From: Candidatus Staskawiczbacteria bacterium
Lineage (GTDB): Bacteria > Patescibacteriota > Minisyncoccia > Minisyncoccales > Staskawiczbacteraceae
Length of the DNA: 64,000 nt
Direction: 5' to 3'
Assembly: GCA_903831095.1 (NCBI GenBank)
Contig: CAIKWD010000021.1
Span: forward strand, 1,518 to 65,517
The notes below the pieces were generated by a model, which saw only the letters and a list, made by a program, of their open reading frames with translations, was not told the origin of the DNA and did not search any database. Shown one piece after another: positions 28,929-37,892 of the stretch. How positions within the stretch are numbered: the stretch's first letter is position 1; every line of letters starts with the position of its first letter. The position numbers and the translations under genes were made by a program.

Positions 28929-28956
28929 GGCCACCTTTTAAAAGAGGTGGCTTTTT
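28929..28956 (+). terminator. Rho-independent terminator after ATPase 1
   Basis: gGCCACCttttaaaagaGGTGGCttttt. Confidence 0.65.
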
Positions 28957-28985
28957 GATAGTATTAAATAATAAATAATTTTTAT

Positions 28986-30695
28986 ATGAATTCAGAAACT
29001 AAAAGTTGTCAAAACTGTAAAAAGGACTTTGTAATAGAGCCCGAGGATTTTGATTTCTATGAAAAGATAAAGGTTCCTGCGCCAACATTTTGCCCCGAGT
29101 GCAGAATTGTAAGGCGTATGACTTGGAGAAATGAGCGTACTCTTTATCATAGAAAGTGCGACGCCACAGGAAAGGATGTAATTACAATGTTTGCTCCTGA
29201 ACAGCCTCTTTTGGTTTATGAAAGAGATTATTGGTGGAGCGACAAATGGGATCAGCTTGAAAGCGGGCGAGATTATGATTTTTCAAAACCATTTTTTCAG
29301 CAGTTTAAGGAACTGTTTGAAAAAGCTCCTCTTCCCAATCTTGCCAATTCCAATATAGTAAACTCTGAATATGGAAACCACAACGCTGATATGAGAAATT
29401 GTTATCTTGTATATGCATCTTTTGGCGGAGAAGATTTGTCATATTGTTATGGTGCTCTAGATTCTAAAAATTCTTTTGATTTGTACTTTCCTCTTAATTT
29501 TACTCAATGTTACGAAGATGTTTTGGGGGCTAATATGAATCGTGTATTTTTTTCATATGACAGTGATGAAAGTGTAAACTGTGCATTTTTGCATGCTTGC
29601 AAAAATATGATAGATTCTTTGGGTTGCATTAATATGCGCAACAAATCTAACTGTATTTTTAACAAGCAATATACAAAAGAAGAGTATAAAAAGGAATGTG
29701 CCAAGTATGATTTTGGCAGTTATAAGGCGCTTTGCGAATTTAAGAAACAGTTTGCTGAATTTATAAAATTACATCCAAGGCGTTATGGATTTGTTCAGAA
29801 ATCTGTGAATTCTATTGGAGACAATATTTTAAATTGTAAAAACGTGCATATGGGGTTTGATGTATTTGGTGAAGTACAAGACAGTAAATACGTAATTCAT
29901 GGTTTTAAAGCCAGTGATATTTATGACGCATATGGTTTTGGAAGTAATGCAGATAATTCTTATGAAGTTGTTGATACTGGGGTTGACGCCACTAGTAATC
30001 TTTTTTCTGTTTTTACTCATTCATGTCAGAATACAAATTACACTTATGCCTGCAAAAATTCTAAAGGTCTTTTTGGGTGTGTTGGACTTCGCAGTAAGCA
30101 ATATTGTATTTTAAATAAGCAATATACAAAAGGAGAATATGAAGAATTAGTACCTAAAATTATTGCTCATATGGTAGATATGCCATATGTAGATAAAAAG
30201 GGCAGAGTTTATAAATATGGTGAATTTTTTCCTGCAGAAATTTCTCCCTTTGCTTACAACGAAACTATAGCCCAAGAATATTATACAAAAACAAAGTCAG
30301 AAATTTTAGAGCATGGATACAGGTGGAAGGAACCTGATATAAAGCAGTATAAAATTACAGTTCAGTCTGCAGATTTGCCAGACCATATAAGAGACGTTTC
30401 TGATGACATTTTAAACCAAGTTATTGGGTGTGAGCATGAGGGCAAATGTAATGAACAATGCATGGGTGCTTTTAAAATTATCCCTTCAGAACTGCAATTT
30501 TACAGGGCAATGAATTTGCCTTTGCCAAGATTATGTTCTAATTGTAGGCACTACAACAGGTTACATCAGCGCACTCCTTTCAAACTGTGGGACCGCACCT
30601 GCGCAAAGTGTGGTAACTCAATTAAAACTTCTTACGCCCCAGAGCGCCCGGAAATAATATATTGCGAAACCTGCTATAATAACGAAGTTGCATAA
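28986..30695 (+). CDS. Cys-rich multi-zinc-ribbon repeat protein, paralog 1 of 11 (function unknown)
   Basis: N-terminus CQNCKKDFVIEPEDFDFYEKIKVPAPTFCPECR. Two ...N[KE]QYTK[EG]EY... motifs. C-terminus CEHEGKCNEQC...LPLPRLCSNCR...CAKCGNSIKTSYAPERPEIIYCETCYNNEVA. Confidence 0.9.
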   Translation: MNSETKSCQNCKKDFVIEPEDFDFYEKIKVPAPTFCPECRIVRRMTWRNERTLYHRKCDATGKDVITMFAPEQPLLVYERDYWWSDKWDQLESGRDYDFSKPFFQQFKELFEKAPLPNLANSNIVNSEYGNHNADMRNCYLVYASFGGEDLSYCYGALDSKNSFDLYFPLNFTQCYEDVLGANMNRVFFSYDSDESVNCAFLHACKNMIDSLGCINMRNKSNCIFNKQYTKEEYKKECAKYDFGSYKALCEFKKQFAEFIKLHPRRYGFVQKSVNSIGDNILNCKNVHMGFDVFGEVQDSKYVIHGFKASDIYDAYGFGSNADNSYEVVDTGVDATSNLFSVFTHSCQNTNYTYACKNSKGLFGCVGLRSKQYCILNKQYTKGEYEELVPKIIAHMVDMPYVDKKGRVYKYGEFFPAEISPFAYNETIAQEYYTKTKSEILEHGYRWKEPDIKQYKITVQSADLPDHIRDVSDDILNQVIGCEHEGKCNEQCMGAFKIIPSELQFYRAMNLPLPRLCSNCRHYNRLHQRTPFKLWDRTCAKCGNSIKTSYAPERPEIIYCETCYNNEVA

Positions 30696-30705
30696 ATAAT
30701 AAATT

Positions 30706-32370
30706 ATGAATCAAGAAATAAAAAATTGTCATAACTGTAAGAAAGACTTTACTATAGAGACTGATGACTTTGAATTTTACGAGAAAATGAAAGTTCCAGC
30801 TCCGACTTTTTGTCCAAATTGTAGAATGATTAGAAGAATGGGTTGGCTTGGTTACGGGCAGTATTTGTTTAAGCGCAAATGTGATTTTACCGGAGATAAC
30901 GTTATAACGTGTTACAATTCTGATTCGCCACATAAAATATACAGGCAGGATATATGGTGGTCAGACAAATGGGATCCAAAGAGCTATGGCAAGGATTATG
31001 ATTTTTCAAAGCCATTTTTTGAACAGTGGAAAGAATTATTTGAAGCTGTACCATTGCCGGCTCTCAGCACTGAATATTCAACTATGATTGAAAGCGATTA
31101 TTGCAATGGAGCTAATAACTTAAAAAATTGCTATTTGCTTTTTGGGGCAGGCGAGAATAAGGGTTGTGCATATGGTAGATCGGTAAATTATTGTCAGGAT
31201 TCACTTGACCTTACGCACGTGCATAATTTAGAACTTTGCCATGACACGGTTATGGTTGACCGTGGGTATAAGGTTTTTTCATCAAGATATTGTGAAGATT
31301 GCCATGATGTATGGTTTTCAGAAGATCTTGTTGGGTGTACAGATTGTATTGGTTGTATTAATTTAAGAAACAAACAGTATCATATTTTCAACGAGCCGGT
31401 TACCAAGGAAGAATTTAAAAAATTTATTAACGACCTTGATTTGGGCTCATATCAAAATCGTGTGGCTTTTAAGCAAAAAGCCAAAGAGTTTTTTTTGACT
31501 AAGCCTCATAAAAATTTTCATGAAAGGAAAAATATAAATACATCCGGTGATTATATTTATAATTCAAAGAATGTAAAAAATTCATATTTGGTATTTGGAG
31601 GCGAAAATGTACACTATACTCAAATGGTAGAAACACCTTCCGCAGCGAATGTTTATGATTTTTCCAATTTTGGATATGGTATTGAATTTGTATATGAATC
31701 TGCATGGTGCGGACTTTCAAGCAATAATATAAAATTTTGCTGTTGGAACTATTATGTGCATGATTTGGAGTATTGTTTTGGGTGCCATGGATCTGGAAAT
31801 TTGTTTGGGTGCGTTGGAATTAGAAGTGGGGAATATTGCATTTTAAATAAGCAATATACAAAGGAAGAATATAAAGATATTGTTCCTAAAATTATTGAGC
31901 AAATGAAGTCAACGGGAGAATATGGCGAATTTTTCCCTCCTCAACTTTCGCCTTGGGCATATAACGAAACATTGGGTAACGATTATTTACTGCTCTCAAA
32001 AGAGGCTGTAGAAAATTTTGGATTTAAATATCACGAAGAGCTACGCCAGTATCAGGAGGCTACAATGCCAGTTCCAGACAACATAAAAGACGTTAAAGAC
32101 GACGTGCTTGATGCAATTTTAAAATGTGACTTGTGCGGTAAAAACTATAAAATTATCCGCATGGAATTGGAGTTATACCGCCAGATGAATATACCCATAC
32201 CAAGACAATGTTCATTTTGCAGGTACGACAATCGCATCCGTTCTCTTAATCCTATTGCAATTTATAACCGCAAGTGTGTAAAGTGCGAAAAAGAGATAGA
32301 GACGAGCTATGCCCCAGAGCGCCCAGAAATAATATACTGCGAAAGTTGTTACAATAACGAAGTTGCATAA
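30706..32370 (+). CDS. Cys-rich multi-zinc-ribbon repeat protein, paralog 2
   Basis: CHNCKKDFTIETDDFEFYEKMKVPAPTFCPNCR ... CDLCGKNYKIIRMELELYRQMNIPIPRQCSFCR ... CVKCEKEIETSYAPERPEIIYCESCYNNEVA. Confidence 0.9.
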   Translation: MNQEIKNCHNCKKDFTIETDDFEFYEKMKVPAPTFCPNCRMIRRMGWLGYGQYLFKRKCDFTGDNVITCYNSDSPHKIYRQDIWWSDKWDPKSYGKDYDFSKPFFEQWKELFEAVPLPALSTEYSTMIESDYCNGANNLKNCYLLFGAGENKGCAYGRSVNYCQDSLDLTHVHNLELCHDTVMVDRGYKVFSSRYCEDCHDVWFSEDLVGCTDCIGCINLRNKQYHIFNEPVTKEEFKKFINDLDLGSYQNRVAFKQKAKEFFLTKPHKNFHERKNINTSGDYIYNSKNVKNSYLVFGGENVHYTQMVETPSAANVYDFSNFGYGIEFVYESAWCGLSSNNIKFCCWNYYVHDLEYCFGCHGSGNLFGCVGIRSGEYCILNKQYTKEEYKDIVPKIIEQMKSTGEYGEFFPPQLSPWAYNETLGNDYLLLSKEAVENFGFKYHEELRQYQEATMPVPDNIKDVKDDVLDAILKCDLCGKNYKIIRMELELYRQMNIPIPRQCSFCRYDNRIRSLNPIAIYNRKCVKCEKEIETSYAPERPEIIYCESCYNNEVA

Positions 32371-32389
32371 AAAATATAAAAAATAATTT

Positions 32390-34078
32390 ATGAATCAGGA
32401 AACCAAACAATGTCAGAATTGCAAAAAGGACTTTACTATTGAGTTAGAGGATTTTAATTTCTATGAGAAAATGAAAGTGCCTGCACCAACATTTTGCCCG
32501 GAGTGCAGATTGTTTCGCAGGTTAATTTGGAGAAATGAAAGGATTTTTTTTCGTAGGCCAGAATCATTAACTGGAAAAGAAGTTTTTTCTGGATTTCCGC
32601 CTCAGGCTAAAATAACAGTTTATGATATTGAATATTGGAAGTCTGACGCTTGGGATGCTTTAGATTATGGTAAGGAATATGACTTTTCAAAATCATTTTT
32701 TGAGCAATTTAAAGAATTGATTTATCAAGTACCTTGGCCGTCTCGGGCAATAAGCAACTTGGTAAATTCTGATTACAGTAACCAGGCTGATTATTTAAAA
32801 AATACATATTTGGTACATAATTCCGGTTATGTTGAAAATAGTGCCTATGTTGTTCGCGGTCATAACACCAAGGATAGTTTTGATATTTTAGAAAGCGATG
32901 AAGTTGAGTTGGCATATGATTCTACATTTTTTACCGGTGGATTTAAAATATTCTATTGCTTTGATTGTGTTGATTGCCATGATATTTGGTTGTCAAAAGA
33001 TTTGCATGGTTGTTCTAATTGCGTTGGTTGCGCCGGGTTGCGTGGCAAAAATTACTGTATTTTTAACAAACAATATACAAAAGAAGAATATGCTATTGAA
33101 TTAGAAAAATTAAATTTGAATACTTATTCTGGGTTGGAAACAGCGCGTAAAAAAGCTTATGAGATTTGGCAGAAAACACCTGTAAAATATTACCACGGCA
33201 AGCTGTTGGTTAATTGCGTTGCCGACAACGCCCAAAACAGTAAGAACTGTAAGGAAAGCTGGGGGATAAGAGACAGTCAAGATTCAAAGTTTTGCCAGAA
33301 TGTATATGAATGCACAGATTCCTATGACTACAGCGTTTGGGGAGAGAAAGCTTCTCAAATGTATGAATGTTTGACTTGCGGAAGCCAAGTGGAAAATATG
33401 AAGTTCTGTTTTGATTGCTGGCCTGGAAGCAAAGATTTGGAATATTGCATGGGTTGCAGATCTTCTTCAGACTTGTTTGGATGCGTTGGATTGAAAAGAA
33501 AGCAATATTGTGTTTTTAATAAGCAATATACCAAAGAAGAATATGAAAAATTGGTTGCCCGCATAAAAGATCAAATGATCCAGGTGCCATTTACAGATTC
33601 GCGTGGCAGAGTTTATAAATATGGTGAATTTTTCCCGCAAGAATTTAGTCCTTTTGCATACAACGAAAGCCATTTACAAGACTTGTTTCCCAAGACCAAA
33701 GAGCAGGCAGAAGAATTAGGATTCTTCTTGAGAGAACAACCAGTAAAGGAATTTAAAATTACTTTGCAGTCTTCAGAATTGCCAGATTCTATTGATGAAG
33801 TGCAAGATGACATTTTAAATCAGGTTGTTTCCTGTGGCAATTGCGGGAAGGCTTATAAAATTATTGCTACGGAACTGCAATTTCTAAGGCAAATGAAGTT
33901 GCCCCTTCCAAGGCTTTGTGTAGAGTGCCGTTTTCAAGCGCGCAACAAGTTTATTAATTCTCCATTTTTTTACAACCGAAATTGTGCCAAATGCCAAACT
34001 GCCATTCGTACAACATATGCTCCAGACAGAAAAGAGATAGTTTATTGCGAAAGCTGTTACAATAGCGAAGTGTCATAA
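32390..34078 (+). CDS. Cys-rich multi-zinc-ribbon repeat protein, paralog 3
   Basis: CQNCKKDFTIELEDFNFYEKMKVPAPTFCPECR ... CGNCGKAYKIIATELQFLRQMKLPLPRLCVECR ... CAKCQTAIRTTYAPDRKEIVYCESCYNSEVS. Confidence 0.9.
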   Translation: MNQETKQCQNCKKDFTIELEDFNFYEKMKVPAPTFCPECRLFRRLIWRNERIFFRRPESLTGKEVFSGFPPQAKITVYDIEYWKSDAWDALDYGKEYDFSKSFFEQFKELIYQVPWPSRAISNLVNSDYSNQADYLKNTYLVHNSGYVENSAYVVRGHNTKDSFDILESDEVELAYDSTFFTGGFKIFYCFDCVDCHDIWLSKDLHGCSNCVGCAGLRGKNYCIFNKQYTKEEYAIELEKLNLNTYSGLETARKKAYEIWQKTPVKYYHGKLLVNCVADNAQNSKNCKESWGIRDSQDSKFCQNVYECTDSYDYSVWGEKASQMYECLTCGSQVENMKFCFDCWPGSKDLEYCMGCRSSSDLFGCVGLKRKQYCVFNKQYTKEEYEKLVARIKDQMIQVPFTDSRGRVYKYGEFFPQEFSPFAYNESHLQDLFPKTKEQAEELGFFLREQPVKEFKITLQSSELPDSIDEVQDDILNQVVSCGNCGKAYKIIATELQFLRQMKLPLPRLCVECRFQARNKFINSPFFYNRNCAKCQTAIRTTYAPDRKEIVYCESCYNSEVS

Positions 34079-34082
34079 AAAA

Positions 34083-35780
34083 ATGGAAAGCCAAACTAAA
34101 ATTTGTCAGAGTTGTAAGAAAGACTTTACTATAGAGCCTGATGATTTTGATTTTTATAAAAAGATGAAAGTTCCGCCTCCGACATGGTGTCCGGAATGCC
34201 GAATGATCAGGCGCATGCTGTGGCGTAACGAGCGCAAATTGTTTAGAAGAAAAGATGCTCGTACCGGGAAGGATTTGTTGGCCTTATATCCTGAAGAATC
34301 TGGGTGGCCGGTTTATCATGAAAGCGATTGGTGGAATTTGGATTTGTGGGATCCGCTTTCATACGGGCAGGATTTTAATCCTCAAAAATCTTTTTTGGTG
34401 CAGTTTTTTGAATTGTGCAAAAAGGTGCCCAAACCTCATTCAGATGCAGTTAACATGGTAAACAGCGAATACTCCGCAAATGCTGCTGATATGAAAAACT
34501 GCTATCTTGTTTTCAACTCTGCTTATGACGAAGATTGCGGATATGGCAATGGGTTTACTTCTAGCAGAAATTGTTATGATGGCTCGTATGTTAACAAGTC
34601 GGAAAGATGCTATGGATCTTTTTGGGTAGACAATTGTTACGAAACGCACTTTTCCTCGCATTGTGATAATTGCGTTTCTGTATGGTTTTCCAGAGATTGT
34701 CGGGGATGTTCTTATTGTGTTGGCTGTGCCAATTTACGGAACAAAAAATACTGCATTTTTAATGAGCAATTTACCAAAGAGGAATATGATGTTCGTATTG
34801 CCCAAATGAAGCTTGATACATGGACTGGCATTGTTTCTGTTGGAAATCAATCAAAAAGTTTTTGGCTTTTATATCCGTACAAATATATTCAAGGAGTGCA
34901 AAATACCAATGTATCCGGAGCATATATCTCCAATTCTAAGAATACAAAAAAAAGCTACTTGATACGAGGCGCAGAAGACATTGCTTATGTGCAATATGGC
35001 CAATATCCACCTTTGAGAGACGCAATGGATGTGACCGTAACCGGCGAAACAGAGCTTGTATATGAAAGTTTAACTTCTGGGTGGTCTGGCTCAAATATAA
35101 AATTTTGCGTTGAATCATGGAATGGCGGTCATGACTTGGAATACTGCTTGTTTTGCTCCAGCAATGGAGCTAATTTATTTGGATGCGTTGGAGTAGGCAA
35201 GTACCAATATTGTATTTTGAACAAACAATATACCAAAGAAGAATATTTTGCCTTGCGGGAAAAAATCATTCAGCAAATGAATGATATGCCATATGTAGAC
35301 AAACAAGGCAGGGTTTACAAATATGGAGAATTTTTTCCACCGGAATTTTCTCCTCTTGCATATCAGCAGACAATTCTGCCCGAACACTTCAATATGACTC
35401 AACAGGAGGTGGAAGCATTTGGCGCTCGTTGGCAGGAGTCTAATTCTACTGAATATCAAACTACAAAAGACGCCAAAAATCTGTCAGATTCCATTGAAAA
35501 TGTTGATTTAGAAGTGTTAAAAGAGGTTATAAAATGCGAAAAGTGCGGGAAGGCTTATAGGATTATTCAACCGGAATTGCAATTTTTAAAACAAGTCAAA
35601 ATTCCCTTGCCACACACATGCGTTGATTGCAGACACTTTGATAGAATAAGTCAAAGGAATCCTGCTATATTTTATAATAGAAAATGCGCTAAATGTGGCA
35701 TAGATATAGAAACAAGTTATGCTCCGGACAGGAAAGAGATAGTTTACTGCGAAAAGTGTTACAATGAAGAAGTAGTGTAA
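34083..35780 (+). CDS. Cys-rich multi-zinc-ribbon repeat protein, paralog 4
   Basis: CQSCKKDFTIEPDDFDFYKKMKVPPPTWCPECR ... CEKCGKAYRIIQPELQFLKQVKIPLPHTCVDCR ... CAKCGIDIETSYAPDRKEIVYCEKCYNEEVV. Confidence 0.9.
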   Translation: MESQTKICQSCKKDFTIEPDDFDFYKKMKVPPPTWCPECRMIRRMLWRNERKLFRRKDARTGKDLLALYPEESGWPVYHESDWWNLDLWDPLSYGQDFNPQKSFLVQFFELCKKVPKPHSDAVNMVNSEYSANAADMKNCYLVFNSAYDEDCGYGNGFTSSRNCYDGSYVNKSERCYGSFWVDNCYETHFSSHCDNCVSVWFSRDCRGCSYCVGCANLRNKKYCIFNEQFTKEEYDVRIAQMKLDTWTGIVSVGNQSKSFWLLYPYKYIQGVQNTNVSGAYISNSKNTKKSYLIRGAEDIAYVQYGQYPPLRDAMDVTVTGETELVYESLTSGWSGSNIKFCVESWNGGHDLEYCLFCSSNGANLFGCVGVGKYQYCILNKQYTKEEYFALREKIIQQMNDMPYVDKQGRVYKYGEFFPPEFSPLAYQQTILPEHFNMTQQEVEAFGARWQESNSTEYQTTKDAKNLSDSIENVDLEVLKEVIKCEKCGKAYRIIQPELQFLKQVKIPLPHTCVDCRHFDRISQRNPAIFYNRKCAKCGIDIETSYAPDRKEIVYCEKCYNEEVV

Positions 35781-35894
35781 ATTTTTTATTAAATTGTGAG
35801 AGAATGAGTTCAGCGCGAATTAGGGAAATAATGTGATTTATATAATCATATGCCCTAATTCTCGAAGTAACCTTGTTCGCTCGCTCACAAGGCC

Positions 35895-36206
35895 ATGATA
35901 TTTATTTATGTGCCGTGTCAAAATCTTGAAACGGCCAAAACTATCGCTAAAATTTTGGTCGAAGGAAAAAAAGCAGGCAAGGTAGACATTTTGCCTACCA
36001 ATTCAGTTTCTCGCGAAGCCGGTGGAATAGTTGAAACTGTGGGGGCAACTATGATTATTATGACCATAGACAAACATGTCCAAGACATAGAGGACATTGT
36101 TAGAGAACATTACCATGATGGCGTGCCTTGTATGGCAACTATTTCACTATATCGACTAAATCGCGACTTTAAAGATTGGCTTATTGCCTCTACAGATTTA
36201 ATTTAG
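35895..36206 (+). CDS. CutA-like (divalent-cation-tolerance family) small protein
   Basis: 103 aa. IFIYVPCQNLETAKTIAKILVEGKKAGKVDILP ... MIIMT ... DFKDWL follows the CutA1 pattern (recollection); no SD. Confidence 0.45.
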   Translation: MIFIYVPCQNLETAKTIAKILVEGKKAGKVDILPTNSVSREAGGIVETVGATMIIMTIDKHVQDIEDIVREHYHDGVPCMATISLYRLNRDFKDWLIASTDLI

Positions 36207-36231
36207 GGCCTGCCCTGAGCCCGCCGAAGGG
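36207..36231. repeat. 25-nt GC-rich element, copy 1 (intergenic)
   Basis: ggcctgccctgagcccgccgaaggg. Its reverse complement matches 48113-48138 at about 21 of 26 positions, in an otherwise AT-rich window. Confidence 0.7.
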
Positions 36232-36298
36232 TTGAAGAAAGTGCATAAAAAAGCTATTATTAAAAAAAAGATAGTTAAAATTTAATTTAGTAACGTTT

Positions 36299-37759
36299 AT
36301 GGCAGAGAATAATAGAATACGAAGATTTAAATTGGCGCCTCCGCCTCCAGAGCTGCCTATTTACGGTACAGTTGATCCTGAAGAATGCTCATTTATTGGT
36401 AAAACCAACTATGAAGCGGCTTTACAAGAACAGAAGTTTATTTTTGGAATTAAAAGGGTAGACAGACGCAGGCACTTGTATATTGTAGGAAAATCCGGAG
36501 TTGGAAAGTCAAAACTTCTAGAACTTTTTGTGCGCCAAGACATTGGATATGGCCACGGGCTTTGTTTTATAGATCCGCACGGAGACGTTATAGATGCAAT
36601 TTTGGATTTTATTCCTGAAGACCGCATAGATGACGTTGTTCTTATTGACCCTTCAGATGCCAAGTTCCCAATATCTTTCAACCCTTTAGCCAATATTGAT
36701 CCGGCTTTCAAACATCAATTGACTCAGGGTTTAATTGAGGTGCTAGAGAGGCAGTTTGGCGCTAACTGGACACCAAGGCTTGAGCACGTTTTCCGTTTTA
36801 CCTGTTTGGCTCTTTTGGATTATCCTCATGGCACAATGCGCGGAATGATTTCCATGCTGACTGATCGCAATTACCGCCAGCTGGTGGTTGAGTATATTGA
36901 AGACGACATGGTAAAGCGCTTCTGGGCCATTGAGTTTGCCGATTGGTCTGAAAAATACGACACCGAAGCTATTATCCCTTTGGTTAACAAACTTGCACAG
37001 TTTTTGTCTGACCCGGCCTTGCGTGGAATTTTTGGACAAGAGGAAAACAAAGTTGATTTGGAAAAGCTGATGAACGAAGGCAAGATTATTTTGATTAACT
37101 TGTCTAAGGGAAAATTGGGAGAGGAAAACGCCAGCTTTTTTGGCTCAATGTTTATTACAAAAATAAAACAGGCTGGTATGGCGCGCGCTTCGCTTCCTGA
37201 ATCAGAGAGGAATGATTTTTATTTGTATGTTGACGAGTTCCACAACTTAATGACCGAGACCTTTGAAAACATATTGTCTGAAGCCCGCAAATACGGCATT
37301 TGTCTTACAGTTGCTCACCAGTACATGGGCCAGCTTCTGCCAAAAGTTCAGCAAGCTGTTTTGGGAAACACGGGAACCATTATTGTATTTAGAGTTGGTG
37401 GAGAAGATGCAGTTAAACTTGAGCCGGAAATGGCGCCAATATTTGGAGTCAAAGACATGGTAAACTTGGGAGTGCAGAATTTTTACATCAAGGAAACAAT
37501 TGATGGAGAAGCTTATGACCCTTTTTCTGCTGAAACTCTCAAAGTTATGCCGCCAACTCACAAGTCTTTCAAAAAGGAAATTATTGAGGCTTCACGCTCA
37601 AAATATACTATTTCAGCTGAGGCCGCAAAAGAGCTTATGCAGTCTGAAGAATCTAAAATTATGAGAAGCTCGCACGAGAAATCCATAATTCAAGGCAAGG
37701 GAAAAGGCCCCGAAGAATCTAAAAAAGCAGAAGACAAACCCGAAGAGCCATTAATCTAA
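36299..37759 (+). CDS. FtsK/HerA/VirD4-superfamily P-loop ATPase, second paralog (no ribbon tail)
   Basis: FGIKRVDRRRHLYIVGKSGVGKS, FIDPHGD, FYLYVDEFHNL, LTVAHQY. Colinear with 26605-28908 over about 430 aa, roughly half identical by eye. Confidence 0.7.
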   Translation: MAENNRIRRFKLAPPPPELPIYGTVDPEECSFIGKTNYEAALQEQKFIFGIKRVDRRRHLYIVGKSGVGKSKLLELFVRQDIGYGHGLCFIDPHGDVIDAILDFIPEDRIDDVVLIDPSDAKFPISFNPLANIDPAFKHQLTQGLIEVLERQFGANWTPRLEHVFRFTCLALLDYPHGTMRGMISMLTDRNYRQLVVEYIEDDMVKRFWAIEFADWSEKYDTEAIIPLVNKLAQFLSDPALRGIFGQEENKVDLEKLMNEGKIILINLSKGKLGEENASFFGSMFITKIKQAGMARASLPESERNDFYLYVDEFHNLMTETFENILSEARKYGICLTVAHQYMGQLLPKVQQAVLGNTGTIIVFRVGGEDAVKLEPEMAPIFGVKDMVNLGVQNFYIKETIDGEAYDPFSAETLKVMPPTHKSFKKEIIEASRSKYTISAEAAKELMQSEESKIMRSSHEKSIIQGKGKGPEESKKAEDKPEEPLI

Positions 37760-37822
37760 TAATTGTAAAGTTTAGTGATAAAAAAGGTGCGAAAGCATCT
37801 TTTTTGTTTGCTTATAAAAACA

Positions 37823-37851
37823 TTGACATTATTCTAAATTAGTTGTAGAGT
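37823..37851 (+). promoter_or_regulatory. Promoter, copy 1 of a duplicated 40-nt block
   Basis: TTGACA - 17 nt - TAGAGT. The block 37823-37862 matches 38811-38850 at 38 of 40 nt and is followed by SD aaaAGGAGAt. Confidence 0.6.
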
Positions 37852-37892
37852 TATATTGGTTCTTTATATAACTAACTAAAAAGGAGATAGAA

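Noticed and set aside
24960-37759. Calling the ATPase region a type IV secretion system or conjugative element
   Set aside because: Only the coupling-protein-like ATPases are present. No VirB4, VirB6, VirB8-10, relaxase, pilin or oriT-like features appear in the window, so only the superfamily-level ATPase call is supported.
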